A program made the translations under genes and the position numbers. From the human T2T-CHM13v2.0 reference genome, Homo sapiens: DNA of 64,000 nucleotides. This document shows positions 1 to 15,100 of this stretch, one piece after another; the stretch's first letter is position 1; the number at the start of each line of letters is the position of its first letter. The DNA lies in assembly GCF_009914755.1 (NCBI RefSeq), contig NC_060939.1; one strand, given 5' to 3'. The notes under the pieces are model-generated. The model was given only the letters and a program-made list of their open reading frames with translations. It ran no database searches and was not told where the DNA came from.

Positions 1-329
1 GGTATCTTGTGTTGTTCATACGTAGACCTCAGTTACTACTTCTTTTCCTGGATAACTCCCCTACTAACCTCTTAGTCCCTTAAAGCCTAGACCAGAACTT
101 AATTTTCGTCACTCTTCTTTGAGTTCTTCATAGCAGCAAGCACTAAATTAAAACAAAACAAAACTCACTAATGATAATAACGATGAGGCAAATCAATAAT
201 TTTGTTCAAGGAGCTCTTCAGTGTCCATTCAGTCTTATAGAAACCTATCATCACTACTTTTTCAGGAATTGAGTTAAGGGTGTGTTTATCAACCAAAAAA
301 AAAAAAAAACTGGACTCAAAGTCACACGA

Positions 330-430
330 CTTGTGTTCAAGTTGCAGCTTTGACACTTAGCATCTGTGTAATCTGGGCAAGTTACTTTATGTTTCTAAGC
401 TCCAGTTTATATCTTTACATAGAAGAATAA
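330..430 (+). mobile_element. MIR SINE fragment
   Basis: MIR core-like 'ttcaagttgcagctttgacacttagcatctgtgtaatctgggcaagttacttt...ctccagttt'; approximate ends. Confidence 0.6.
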
Positions 431-2573
431 ATATTTATTTTATCTACCTATGGTGATGTCTTCAAAAATTATAAGACCACATGCAATTAGTGGTTTTTGT
501 AGTGTGTACATAGCATAATAAAACCTTTCTTTTATCATAAAAAATACTGACATTTTTAAGGAAAAAAATCTTGAATTTTAATGGGATGTTTTTGGGTTTG
601 TTTTATTTTTTAAATAATATTTTCTGAAACTTCTGGAATATTTTTATTACATGATTATGTGATTGAGTATGAAAAACCATTTTAAATTACCATAGCAAAT
701 TGTTTGACCTACTTCTTCTCTTTGGCACATTTTGGAGATCTTTACTTTGTTTCATTCTCATTAATAGGAATTTCAATTTGGTCTTCTTAATAACAGATAT
801 TTCAATTTCTGTTCAGTAATTTATTATGGTATCATGTCAAATAATAGTATTTATTGAATAACAGCATGAACATTTTTTATTTTTAAATGAATGTATTTAC
901 AGTTGAAATTATCCCCATGAGTTTTTTATTTGTTTGTTTGTTTTAGTTGATTGTTTTATGATTGCATTACCTTCTCATTTGTAGTTCATTTAAAAAGAAA
1001 AAGTAAAGCTCATACCACAGCAGATAAATCTCCAGAATCACTATCACTTCCTGTTTCAAAATTGAAATGATTTTTAAAAACAAATCTGTGCTTTCTCAAC
1101 TTTGTTCAGAATCTAAAATAGTGTCAATGTTTGCCAAGCTAGAAAGTAAAATATTAGGATAAAATTTAATTTCCAAGTTCCCAAAAGGTCATGGAGAGGC
1201 AAATGAGAAAGATAAATTTAATTAATTTATTTTAAATAAAAATGACTTAAGTGCCCTTTCGAAAAAAAAAACACCCTTTCAACAAATGTGTTTTAAACAA
1301 AAGTGACAATTTCTATCGCTTAAAGAACAGATATGAAAAAAGTAAATCAACAATGCTAAACCTCACATAGAAATCCATCCACAGTGAATCTGTAGAGGTT
1401 ATGACAACAGCTATTAAAATGATAGCTATTACATTTTACAAATCAGCTATTAAAATATCTGAGTTCATTATGTGCACAAAAGCTTTACATCCCACTGAGA
1501 AGAAAGAGCTGGGAATGTTACTTAGGGTCTATCTGTATTTCGAGGTCAGGGAAGAGTCCAAATTTATGTAGTAACAGCACGTCTGCAAGTTTTCAGTTTG
1601 CTTCCATGAACTAAAACCAATAGCCCCACTCCACAAAGAGGCAGAATCAAATGTCACTGGTTTGATCTACTTCAAAACAGGAGCCACTTCTAATAGCTCT
1701 TTTCAAAAAGATGGCGTAGAAGAGAGATCAAGAGCCCATGTGGATACCATCTTTGGCCAGAATTTCTGGCATGCCTTACACAGGCTTGAAAAGTATTGCA
1801 AATGAAGCTACAAGATAGAGTGGTCCCAAACACCTCGAAAAAGGAGCCCTCCTCATCTGAGGCCCAGACAGCCCATGCTCTTTATAAAAGCTTATTTTCT
1901 ATTGATGCTCTTTTTGGCCATGTGAATCTGACGCCCCAATGATTGTGGCTGCCACTGCTTCATGAGACTAAAAAATGATCAAGCAAAAGCATACTGCTAT
2001 CCAGCTAGTGTTGTGAGTGGTGCAAGACCTGTGGTGTGGTTGGTGGAGAACATATTTAAAACAGTACAGTTTTTCCATGCACTCAGTGGGCATTTCTGGA
2101 GAGCCTGGTGGATATATACAAGGCTCTGTGCTCATAAGATACAGATAAGAATCAAAGGCTGTGAATTCTTGCTTTCTTCAAGTTTATAATACACCTAAAA
2201 ATTTATGGTTTAGTTTTAATAACTGAATTTCTACCCATTAGTACTCCTTAGAGTGAAGCAGCTTTTTCTCTGAATGTCGCTTAATTTCCAAGGCAATTTT
2301 ACAACTTGTCATTTTGATGTTCCCCAGTTTTATTCTTCTGGTACCAGAATACAATTTCATGCCACAAATGTGTATTGAACACCTTTGTTAAGCAAATTTC
2401 TGGGGCAATAGATAGATCGCTGCCCATGAGGACTGCATGGCATCTTGTGAAGACTACCCAGCAAGAATGCAATGAGCTATCTTGAGATGGGCACTGGAGG
2501 TGAAATAACCTAATTCACTGTGAGACAGCTAAAGATGCCTTCACAGAGAGAGTTTACCATCCTTGCACATGTG

Positions 2574-2601
<28 letters not shown>
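2574..2601. repeat. (CA)n microsatellite
   Basis: Directly visible CA run. Confidence 0.95.
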
Positions 2602-2604
<3 letters not shown>

Positions 2605-2816
2605 CTTTTTACCCCATTATTTATCTCACAGGACATACTGACATTATATGATAGGATTCTTATTCACCTCAGCAACCTAATATGCCAACTTTTCACGTAC
2701 ATTTTTTTGAGTCCTGAAGACTTTTCATTACAGAGTTACCCCTTTTAAAACGCAGATGCTTTGTAAATGAATTATGCCTGAATTGTATTCCCACTACAGC
2801 CAGGTAGTATGGGGAC

Positions 2817-3076
2817 TCAGTGGTTTTGAGCCCAAGCTCTGCAGTCAGTGTCTAAATTTGAATCTTGGCTTTATGATTTATTAACTGTGTGAACTGGGCA
2901 TGCTAACTGGATCCTGTAGGCGTTGATTTTCCACTCTATGATAGAAGGGTTAATAATACCTACATCAAGGGAGTGGTAGGAATTTGAGATGATCTCCTTA
3001 AAAAACAGCCCAGAACCTAGCACATGGTAAGCACTCAATAAATGTTAGCTATTATTATTATTATTATTATCATTAT
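2817..3076 (+). mobile_element. Near full-length MIR with (ATT)n tail
   Basis: 'gtggttttgagc..tttgaatcttggc..ctgtgtgaactgggca..aataatacctac..cctagcacatggtaagcactcaataaatgttagctatt', followed by an (ATT)n run. Confidence 0.85.
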
Positions 3077-3734
3077 TAGTTATCCACAGACACTCTAGTT
3101 GGAACCAGAGGAATAGGAGTCAGGCATTAGAAGGAGGGAGGATTAGGAGACCATAATTGGAGGAAGAATAACAGGAGTTGGCAGGACAATTGGAAAGGCA
3201 CTGAAGAAAAATTTAGCAGATTTCCTTCCCTGTTCACCCCTATATGTCCCTCTTTCCACAATCCCAGCATTAGAAAATACAAGATTCAATAGTTAAAATT
3301 CAAACAACTTGTAGCAATATCCAGATTCATTATTTTCTTTCATTCTTCTTTTTTAGTTTTTATTTTCACAAAATTTTTGGAAAATGAAACTACATTCATG
3401 CATTGTTTTGACACACTGTGTGGAGCATCCACACTAGGTGATAGGAATAGAGTAAGGAGTAACGTAAGTGGGACCGCTGCCTTCCATTGATACCTTCTCT
3501 GTCACTAGTCAACTCTGATACACTTGCTGTTGGGAATATAGGGAAAAAAGAATCTCTCCAGGATTTAAATACGCATCCTAAGCCTCCAAAGGTTGAGGTC
3601 AGGCCTGGTAGTGGTCCTCACCTATCTTCATTGCCCTTCCACATTTCTCACCACCATTAACTCCACTTTAACAGCTCTGGCATCATGAATAACTGATGAA
3701 TTATGAAGATGAGAAAGAAGAGAATGGCAATCAG

Positions 3735-3950
3735 AAGCAGATTTATTGTGAATTTAATGAAGATTAAGTTTCAGGAATGCTTACTTGCCCATGTGGCTTC
3801 AAGACCCTGGGAGAGATCCTGATATAGTAATAGGTTCATGTAGTCATGAGTTTTCATAGGATTTGCAAAAGGAAAACACTTTATTGATTTTTTTAAAGAG
3901 GGGACCCTCAAATTCTATAGCTTCAGCCCCCCTCCAAGATGGTTCCACTC
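3735..3950. mobile_element. hAT-Tip100-like DNA transposon fossil (subfamily uncertain)
   Basis: 'gcagatttattgtgaatttaatgaagattaagtttcagg' and 'gggaccctcaaattctatagcttcagcccc' resemble the ends of a Tip100-type MITE. Confidence 0.45.
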
Positions 3951-4202
3951 TGCCATGATGATGATGGCGATGATGATTAATAGCTAATGTTATTGTGATT
4001 ATTGTGGGCTTATTGGATGCCAAGCACAGTGGTAACTGCTTTACCTATTATCCCACTTAATCTTATTGTTCTTTAGGAGCTTACTGACAATTAGGATATA
4101 GAACCAGCAGGAAGCTTGACCAAACAAGGTGTTGGAGGCAACAGATTCTGTGATCTATGACTTACCCCCAAAATTGAAGAACCAGGTGGCTTTCTCTACA
4201 CA

Positions 4203-4517
4203 ATACTTCTTATCATGGAGTCCATACACCTCCATGGTATTCATGGAAAATTCAGGAGTCCATGAACTTGTATAAGAAAAATGAATCTTTATTTTCACTT
4301 ACCTCTAATTGAAATGTAACAGTCCTCCAATTATTAATGCAAGATTCAAATCTAAGTAGTATTAGCAGTTGCTGTGATTTTATCACCAAAAAAATATTTT
4401 AATATCACACACAGTCCTTAGAGATATCTGGAAATATTATTTATGCTCAACACTGCTTCAAATTATTAGAGCTGCCGCTAGAATTTCTTTCAACATTATA
4501 ATAAAGAAGTACATATA
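4203..4517. mobile_element. MER113-like hAT-Charlie fragment
   Basis: 'ttcaggagtccatgaacttg..tctttattttcact.acctctaa.tgaaat..gtagtattagcagt..gctgccgctaga..aataaagaagtacatata' matches my recollection of the MER113 consensus. Confidence 0.65.
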
Positions 4518-4539
4518 ATAGGGTACAAAATGAAAAGAT

Positions 4540-6860
4540 TACTTCTACTTTTAGCAGTGAAGGACCAGAGACTACATTTGTGCACTCACCTTAAACAAGT
4601 AAAGAAAAAAATAATAATATTTCCAAAACAACAGTTTTAGGATACGCAATAGGCAGTGCAAATAGTAATATCTGATAGAAGGGAAACAAATGAGGTAATC
4701 ACTGAGATTGTCTCAGTTTACTGCTCAAGAGTTTCCAGGAAGGAGGATCTGAAACAGATGGCGGTAGTCCCCCTGTAGTTAGCAGATGGATTTGAGAATT
4801 CAGGGAGGCCACAGCCCCTAGACTTTGTAAGACAGAGTACTGAAAAGAAAGAGCTGCACAGAGAGAACGCTTTTGAGGTCTCCATAATGAGTGTTCCCAA
4901 GTCTTCTCTGCATTCTCATCAGTATGAGGGTGTGAGGAAACCACCCACATCTTGAGAAAGAACCAATAAAGAAGTGGGTGAAACAGTCTCAAGAGATCAC
5001 ATAAGGCTGGTAAGAATTTTCATCCTTCCAGCCAGAGTGGAAAAACTTTGCATTATACAGGGCACTGGCAATATACTTGGAACTGTATTGCCTTAGTAGC
5101 AATAAAAAATTATTCCTAAAGACTGCTCTGGTCTTCTATAACAAAGATTATAAGCAAGGCTTGAAAAGCTTACCAAATAATTTATTTGGGTTTCAGAACA
5201 AATCTCAAACCTACTTTAAAGAATACAAAAATATCCAGCATTCAAAAATATAAAATTCAAATGTCAAGCATCCAATACAGACTTACTTATACACACAAAG
5301 AAGAAAAAATACACGTTTTATTAGGAGAAATAACATCAATCAATATAAGAAGATTCAGAAAAAAAACACAGATGAAAGTATCAGCACACAAGGATATTAA
5401 GCAGTATTATAAGTATATTCTATATGTTCAAGAAAGTAAAAGAAAGCATGAGCATGCTAAGCACAGATATGGAGGATAATTAAAAAGACCTAGTTCAAAC
5501 TTGTAGAGATAAAATATAACTGCCCAAGATTTAAAAATATGTAGGAAGAGACTATCCGAAGATTAGACACTACATAAGAAAAGGTTAGTCAATTTGAAGA
5601 TATTCCTTTAGAAACTAACCAAATTTCTCACACAGGATACTTTCAAGCAGGCTAATATATTTGTAATTAGAGTACTCAAAAGGTAAGAGACATGGAAAAA
5701 ATATTTGAGGAAATAATGGGTGAAAATTTACAACTCTGATGAAAAATATAGACCCAAAGATCCAAGAAACTCAATAAATGCCAAGCACAAGCACAGGAAG
5801 AAAATTACACCAAAATGTATTGTCATCAAATTGCTGAAAACCAGTGATAAACAGAAAACCTTAAAAGTAGCCAAAAGAAAAAAAAAGTCGCAATGAATAC
5901 AGACAAAAAGAGAACATAAAAATGGCTGCAGACATTGAAAACAATGCAAGCCAGAAGACAGAGAAGAAACCTCTTAAAGTACTGAAAGAATAAAATTTTC
6001 AACCAAGAATTTATACTCAGCAAAATATCTCTCAAAACCAAAATAAAAATACGAAATGTTTCAGACAAACAAGAGCTGAAATCTAGATCTATACAAAGTA
6101 ATAAATAACACTGAGAATGTTAAAATTGTGAGCATATATAAAAATACTCTTAAAAATCTCTTTAAAATACCATTGGTTATTTAAAGTAGAAATTATACTG
6201 ATGTATTGGAGGTTTTCACCATATATGCGGTAGTATGAGAATCATAGTTGAATATTTTAACAATTTATTTCAATAAATAGGAAATTTATACTAAATAAGA
6301 ATATAAAAGACTTAAACAATGTTATCAACTAATTTAACCTAATTGACATTATGGAAGACTTTCTCCAATAACAAAAATACACATTATTTTCAAAGGCCCA
6401 TGGAACATTTACCAAGATAGACAATATTCTGACCATAAAAGAAGTCTTATTAATTTAAAAAGAATTCAAAATATGCAAAATATATTCCCTAGCCACAATG
6501 GAATTAAATTAGGAATTAATAGTAGAAATATATCTGCAAAATACCCATGTATTAGGAAATGAAATAACACACTTCTAATTAACCTGTATGTCAAAGAAGA
6601 AATCAAAAGGGAAATCAGAATGTATTTTGAAATGAATTAAAGTAAAAGCATGAAAAATAAAAATGTGTAGGATGCTGTTATCACAGTGATTGGAAAGTGA
6701 CTGATAGTACTAAACACCTTTTTTTAGGAAAGAAGAATGGTCTCAAATCAATGGCATATGCTTCCATCTAAAAAACCTAAAGGGACAAAAACATCTGAAA
6801 TCAAAGTAAGCAAAAGAAATAAAGCTATGAGGTCAAAACCAAAAATAAATAAATAAATAA
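4540..6860 (+). mobile_element. Ancient L1M (5'UTR, ORF1 remnant, endonuclease part of ORF2), decayed and internally deleted
   Basis: A-rich strand. ORF1-like 'atccaagaaactcaa..aaattgctgaaaaccagtgataaa..caaccaagaatt'. At about 6310-6440, an EN C-terminus-like segment (DLNN.I...LID / FFK.HGTF.KID) with stops and frameshifts. Confidence 0.85.
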
Positions 6861-6887
6861 ACTATTAATAAAGAATATCAGTATAAA

Positions 6888-7405
6888 TGTTGCAGACAAA
6901 CACTAAGATAAGCCCCAATGATTTCCACCTCCTAGTATTCATGGCTTTGTGTAATCTTCTACCCTTGAGCGTGAATGGGACCTGTGACTTGCTTCTAACC
7001 CATTACCTATGGTAAAGGTAATGAGATGTCATTCTTGTGATTAGGTTTTGTTATATAGCAAAGGTGATAGGATACAGCCCCCATCATTATGTTGCATTAT
7101 GTGAAACTCTATCTCAGCAGACTGAAGCCAGAGATTCTTCTTGTAGGCTTGATGAATTGAGTGACCATGTTGGAGAAATCCATGTGGCAAGGTGTGTAGA
7201 CAGCTTCTAGCCACTTCTGGTGGCCTCTAAGACCTCAGAGCAGCCTTCAGACAACAGCCTGTAGAAAGCCAGGCCCCTCATTCAAATTGCTGTCAGGAAA
7301 TGAATCCTGTCAACTGCCTGAATGATCTGGGCATCAGATTCTTCCCAGTTGAACCTGCAGATGAAAACACAGCCCACCAATACATTGATTACAGCCATGT
7401 GACAT
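6888..7405 (+). mobile_element. MLT1 (ERVL-MaLR) solo LTR, MLT1E/F/G-like, 3' truncated
   Basis: 'tgttgcagac..ctaagat..ccccaatgat..cccttgagcgtg..gggacctgtgacttgcttctaacc..gattcttcccagttgaacctgcagatga'. Confidence 0.8.
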
Positions 7406-7409
7406 ATTT

Positions 7410-7630
7410 TGTAGACTGACTTGCAGATGGCTTGATTATTGAATGCAGGATCATCTGAGAGAAAGAGGAGAATCAAGAAAAACCTAGCTTGGTTTTGCAC
7501 TGGGTGGTGGTGACTTACTAAACAAGACAGACCACGGAGAAACAGATGAAGGGAAGTAACAGTGGAAATCAAAAATTCTGTATTGACTACACTAAATTTG
7601 AGGTGTTTACAATATCCATAAGTGGAAATA
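7410..7630 (-). mobile_element. L2 fragment
   Basis: Antisense L2 signature 'gagaaagaggagaatcaag..aaatttgaggtgttt..atatcca..agtgga'. Confidence 0.6.
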
Positions 7631-8919
7631 TTTAAAATTAAAAACTTTTATAATAACCTCAAAACAAACAATAGGTTTTCTCCCCTCTTTCCCCTGCAGC
7701 TTTGCACTTAAACCAATATTAAATTCTTAAGAATTTCTGGTGGAGAGTCTATTAAATTCTACTTAAAAAGATTTCATCTCTGGGTGATAACAAAGATAAC
7801 TATCTGGGGAAAAATGTGGAGTAGTGCAGAGTGTTTAAAATATACTGTATTTGGTTCTTCTACTTCAATTTCCTAAATAACACATGAATTTATTAAATAA
7901 AATCCATTCTTGAAAATCAATTCCACTAACTCCTCCATTGACCTTTTAAGCTCTTTAGATCCCCGTATTCAAATCCCCAAGTCAGGGAGTTTCAAAATCT
8001 TACATACAAACTTAAAAAAAAATGCCTATTTTCTAGGTTTTATTAAGGCATAGCTAGGTGAGGTTAAAGTCATCTAATTAGCCATCCCACCACTGTGTCT
8101 CTTCATTTGCAACATTCTGACACTCAGCTATGGCGAGGAATTCTCCTCCTGTGAATTCTCAGAAATTATTTAGAAATTATTTAGAATCTAATTTTTATGC
8201 CCAGGGAGCTCAGTAAGAAGGAGTCAGTCTCATTACTGCTTATCAGAAATTACTTTTTGTCTCAAGTCTTCTTTACCCTGAAAAGCCAATTTTGATAAGA
8301 AGTGAAGATTTAAGCCAACAAGAAGGGGCAAATCATTGCAAGCAGTGATCAATGAAGTTGGGTTAGCCAGGCTTATTTAGAGTAGTCCGAGAAATCATCT
8401 TGCTGATGACCAAATCTTACAAAATGATGAGTACCCGACTCTCAATGTGCTTTGAAAGCACTGAAGGGAAATCATATATCTGCTATGATTAAAAACTACA
8501 TCATGATGCTGTGTGCTTGAGGACAGTGTATAAGAAGGAAGAAAGACAGCTGGAAATCAGTGATTCATTAGTGTTAGGTGTTAATGTAATTGTGAATGTT
8601 TTTCTTTGTCTTCCAACCTTTTGTGCAGATAATATTGTGAAAGGGGAATGAGGAGTATTTAAACATATTGCAAAAATTTCCTAATTTTTATTTAAACTAT
8701 AATAGAATCATCAAACTGGGTGAACAAACAAATCCCAGTTTTGGTAAATGTTATAGATTTGGTAAACGTTGCTTATAAGTAACTGAGATGTTTCTTACCA
8801 ATAAGCACTTTAACATAAAACAGCAGATTTAATGACCCGGAAATTAACTCAACTAACTATGCCTTGATCTTGTGAAATTACTGTTGGTATTTGCCCTAAA
8901 CAGGCATGCTGGGTCCTGT

Positions 8920-9448
8920 CTGTGGCTCACAAGTCCCCAGATGGTGTGACTCCTGCCTACTTCCTCTTCCTGCTTCCTCCAGCCACTTCCTCTCTCTCAC
9001 TCTGCCCAGCCCTCCTGACCTTCTTTTTGCTCCTTGAGCAAGCTCATTTCTATGCCAATGCGTTTGTACTTGCTCTTGTCTCAGCCCAGACCACTCTCTG
9101 CTTGGTCTTCGCATCACTGCCTTTATTTGATTCTTACTTCAAACATGACTTTCTCAGAGAAGCCTTTGGTGACCACATTGCCTAAAATAATGGCATCCCC
9201 ACCTGCACCTCATCATCTCATCACACTGTCATTATTCCACATGCAGAAACCTTGCACTCTGAAATTGCCTTTATTCATTAGACTACTTCTTCATTGTCTC
9301 CCCACAGCCACTGCCACACACACACTCTTGAATGTATGCTGCATAAATACACAGACCTTGTGCTTTCTCCCCCACTATTATATCTGAAGCACTGGAAACA
9401 TCACCTAGCATAAAGGAGTCATCTGTAATATTTGTTGGACAAATGATT
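8920..9448 (+). mobile_element. L2 3' end
   Basis: Pyrimidine-rich body, 'tttgtacttgct..ttctcagagaagcc', and tail 'cacctagcata..aatatttgttggacaaatga'. Confidence 0.7.
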
Positions 9449-11657
9449 AAGTTGAATCTAGTAGACCAAGAATCTGAGGTTTGTCCATCAGAGTTAAATT
9501 TCATGGTTATTACACATAGCATAGAACAGTATTTCCGTCATTAAAAATAATATTAATAATAATAATGCCCATAGCAATTTTTTAAATTGGTAAAGTGAGG
9601 TGTATAGGATGTTCGGGAAAAGCTTCATCTTGGAAATTTAATTGCTTTCTGCTCTTCAATGAGTCATTCTATTTGGAATGGAAAATCTAGTCCTCATATG
9701 TTAATTTATTTAAGAGGGATGAGCTAAGAGCAATACAAACCGACAGATAGTCCCAAAGGGATAAATTCATAAGATTAGAACTTGAAGGGCAAATTTGTAA
9801 AATGTGTGAAGAATGTATATGTTTCTGCTTGTATATTCATATTTATACTGGGATGAAAGAACAATGTTACCTCCCAGTGTGCCCAGGTCCAAGTCAATGC
9901 ATACCAAGGTTTGATCCTGCCACATGAGTAAGATAGGCCTGGTGTATTACCAGAAAATACTGAATATTTCATAAAGTTACTATTTGGTGATTCTAGATAC
10001 TGATGTTTTTCTCCTTTTACATCCTGTTAGCGTGATTCATTTCAAATCTTGGTACTACCATGGAGTTTTTCCAGACCACGCCAGTGTGATATACTCTTCC
10101 CATTTTTCTGACATCCTGTAGCAATTATTGGTAATTAAATGTGGCCTGCCTTTTGCTATTTTTGTTGTCTTGAACTCTTACTTGGGGTTCTTTTTGTTTT
10201 GATTGTTTGGGGCTATTATTTAAAATTTAAGTCATTATGACTCGTTTCACCAACAAGATTTTTAATGCAGGGATGATGCTTTTAACCTTTTGTGCTTTCC
10301 ACAGGTCCCAGCACAGTGCCTTACATAGCAGGCAAGCACTACATATGTTGCCTCACCAGCAATTCTGGAAGGCAAATGCTTCATGTATCCCAAATGACCC
10401 ATCTCGGCCTCTCTCTTCTCAGACGGGAACTATATAGGTTTTTTTTTAGGAAACTGAACCTCCTTCCTACAGCCCTTTTGAATATTGATCTGGAGTGATG
10501 CTGTTGCTACCCTGGACATAAACGTATTTCTTGTTTCCCTGCCATCAGAGATTAAATCGTTGACTGTAATGAACTAGAGTTAAAACTACTAGGTTCTTCG
10601 GATTTTCAGATAGAAACAAAAACACATTAGTTGTGGTGGTTTGTTGTTATTGTTTTTTTCCTGTTTCTGTGAGCCATAGCGAATTGTGATTACTCTGTTC
10701 ACAATGAATAGATAAAAGGCCTTCTCTTTTTCATTATTAAGGTTAGGCAAGAGTGCAGGTAATTTTATCTCATAAAGATTACTTAATTCACCTTGGGTGA
10801 GGGGAGAAGGGCTGAAATAAAGCTAAAACCTGTTCTGCAAGAACCCAGCCTTTATGGCTCTGTTTGTCCTAGTCTGGCTTATAATTCATTAGATCTCTTA
10901 GCAAAACAGATGTCATTGAAAGAGGCACATGGACAGAGAGAAAATGCCTGACCATAAAGAGACGTAGCTACAAGACCAATTCAATGATGAACTTGGATAT
11001 GGAAAGGACTTTTTAAAAAAAATGAAGAAAAGGATCTTCAGTAAGTAAATAAGACTACCTCAGTTTCCTGAAGGAATAGCAGCAATCCATGATAACAGTA
11101 ACAAAAACAACCAGGATCTAAATCCACCTAGTTTTTCATTTTGGTGCAATATTTTCAATTGCAAGCTGGGTTCCACAGTGAACTCTGCATGAAGCTTGTA
11201 ATTTTCCCCTAGAAATATTTTTCAAGCCTTCAGCGGCCCTAGAATGTTCAAGCTGGTCCTTCACAGTTATCCACATACATGCACCCTTTTCTTCACAATT
11301 CAAAACTTTCTTCTCCATAAATCCTTTGCTGATCATCTCTGCCCATGACAAGTTCTCTTGACTCAATTCGTATAGCCCTGACTGCATATATGTCTCCTTT
11401 AAATCTTAACACATGCAGTACATTTGCATTTACAAAGGAAAATAGGCTCAAACGCCAAAGTTTCTCAACCCTTTGCAATGTATTTCCAAAGAAAAGGTGG
11501 TGGCAGCTGAAGCACATGTGTGCGTCATGGTAGGCCTAAGAGTTGTAGAGTGTGTTGATAGTATGTCGGGGGAATCCCCGTGGGGCCCAAAGGGAACACA
11601 CCTTAAAGTTGGACAAACTTAGATCTGAAACATGTCTTTTGTAGTTTACTGTGCGAC

Positions 11658-12136
11658 TGTATTAGTTTCCTGTGGCTGCTGTGACCAGTTGTCAGATAGT
11701 TGGTGGTTTAAAACATAACTTTATTCTCTCCCAGTTCTGGAGGCCAGAAGTCTGAAATCAAGGTGTCCACAGAGCTGCACTCCTTCTAAAGGCTTTAGGG
11801 AGAACCCATTCCTTGCCTCTTCCAGCTTCTGGTGTCTCCAGTCATACTTTGGCTTGTGGCTGCGTTACTCCAATCTTCACCTCTGTGGTCACCTTGCCAC
11901 CTCCTCTCCTGTATGTCTTCTCTTTCGTTTATCTGTCCCCCAGACTCCCTCTGCCTCTCTCTCATAAGGATACATACACATGATTGCCTTTAGGGCCCAC
12001 CTGGATAATGCAGAATGGGCTCATCCCCTTTTTAAATTTACTCATTCACATATTTTGCTATATAAGGTAATATTCACAGGTTTCAGGGGTTATGATCTGG
12101 ACATATCTTTTGGGGGGCTGCCATTCAACCCATGTA
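11658..12136 (-). mobile_element. MLT1B/C-like solo LTR inserted into a MIR
   Basis: 'tgtattagtttcctgtggctgctg..cagttctggaggccagaagtctgaaatcaaggtgtc..ttgcctcttccagcttctggtg'; flanks GCGAC/GTGAC form a 5-bp TSD; MIR halves lie on either side. Confidence 0.88.
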
Positions 12137-13462
12137 GTGACCTTAAGAAGAGATTTTAACTTTTTTTTAGCTACAATCCCTCATCAGTAAGATAAGGTTA
12201 ATAAACTTTTATTGTCAGGCAGTTAGGAGGAATAAAGTAAAATATATTTTCCATGTTAAGTATGTGTTGCAGGATCATGTAGGGTAAAAAGTCTTTCTCT
12301 GGATGCTATTGTAATAAATTCAGCCCCTGCAGCACCCCCACCATAGAGGTGTCTCATATGTGCTCGTTAAGAAAAGGCACCCATCCTGCTTCAGGTGCCT
12401 TTGGTGATACCCATTGTCTCTGCCTCATGCCGAACCACTGCCACCAGTGTCCAGTCCATGCCAAGGACTCCTGATGCTCCCAGATCAGCCAACAGTGTAT
12501 TCCACATCTGGGCCTGGCTTTTGCTCTTATAAGATGGTTGGTTTGAGGAGGTGCCAGTATGCAGGCATGGTAGCTAATTCCCTGCCACCACTGTGGTGTG
12601 ACTGATTTAGTCAAGCCCTCAAGGAGCTAAAATTTTATTGAATTATTTATAGTCCTCCATGTGCACAAACCACCCTGCACCCTTGTCAAAATGGAAAGAC
12701 TCTCTCTCTCTAACCTTTTAATTTAAATACCTCTTAATGGATGAGTACCATATGTTAATATATGAGTCCATACAAAGTTAGGTCAGAACACAAATCAAAG
12801 TGACAGTCCCATGGATTGCTCCACCCCACTGATAAAAGGCACTGTCATGGACCAAGTGGGGGTTTGCCTGAATTTACTCTATTAAGAGACTCTTAAGTTT
12901 CTTCTGCAAATAATCAGGTAATTTCACAAGTTTGCCATATATGTATGAATCCCAGTGATAAATTAAAGTGAGCCTCAAGCTAGAATACTCTGTTTCTCTC
13001 CTGTTACACCTCCTGGCCCTCCCTGACTCCCCTCACCACTCACAGATACACAACAACTAAATGTGCCTTGCACAGCACCTAGAACATAGTAGGTACTCGA
13101 TAAACACAAGATCGTCTTCTGTCTTGTACTCACAGTGCTTTGAACACAGCAGGTAGTCAGTAGATGCATTTTGACCAATGTGTATCTGGATTTGTAATGT
13201 GTAAGAAATATTGAAACATTCCTCATAAAATTTCAATCATTTCTATTTGGCCTCTAACTCTAACCTCTTTCACTATTAATTGGTTCTTAATAATAAGCCC
13301 CTAAATATAGATGTTTGTACAAGAAGAAGTGGGCAAATAGTTGTCCGCATCCCAGTTAAAATTCTTATTGCCTAGACTTAGCTTTGCAACATTGCTAGGT
13401 GGCTAAATTATTGCATAACTTATAAAGGGGAAAGGTTTCTGACTTTATGTTCTAAACGCAGT

Positions 13463-13840
13463 TGATATGGTTTGGATTTGTGTCCCCACCCAAATCTCAA
13501 GTCCAATTGTAATCCCCCGTGTTGGAGGAGGGGCCTGGTGGGAAGGGATTGGATTGTGGGGGCGGACTTTTTCCTTGCTGGTGTCATGATAGTGAGTTTT
13601 CATGAGATCTGGTTGTTTACAAGTGCATAGCACCTCCTCCTTCTCTCTCTTCCTCCTTCTCCTGCCATGTAAGATGTGCCTCCTTTCTCTTTGCCTTCTA
13701 CCATGATTGTAAGCTTCCTAAGGCCTCCCCAGCCATGCTTCCTGTATAGACTGCAGACCTGAGTCAGTTAAACCTCTTTTCATTCTAAATTACCCAGTCT
13801 CATGTAGTTCTTTATAGCAATGCGAAAATGGACTAATTCA
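13463..13840 (+). mobile_element. MSTA-like (ERVL-MaLR) solo LTR
   Basis: TGATATGGTTTGGAT..CCCCACCCAAATCTC start and ..TAAATTACCCAGTCTC..GGACTAATTCA end; flanks GCAGT/CCAGT (4/5 TSD). Confidence 0.9.
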
Positions 13841-13974
13841 CCAGTAAAGGGTCTTGCCAATTCTGCAATAATATTACCTATTGGTTTCCTCCAGGGAACT
13901 TGACATGCTTTTCTGATATCAAAATGTTCATATTTGTAACTTTTCATAGAAAAGATAAAGAAAATAATGTGTTT

Positions 13975-15100
<1,126 letters not shown>

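Noticed and set aside
1650-2110. Higher-complexity stretch with a YY1-like AAGATGGCG, possibly an ancient LINE remnant
   Set aside because: I could not assign a family or function by eye; it needs a Dfam search.
4540-6860. L1 as an active element or source of real ORFs
   Set aside because: Multiple stops and frameshifts, an internal deletion, and truncation before the RT domain.
7675-7700. Strong + strand acceptor 'ttttctcccctctttcccctgcag'
   Set aside because: No good donor within a typical exon distance, and the downstream sequence is AT-rich and intron-like.
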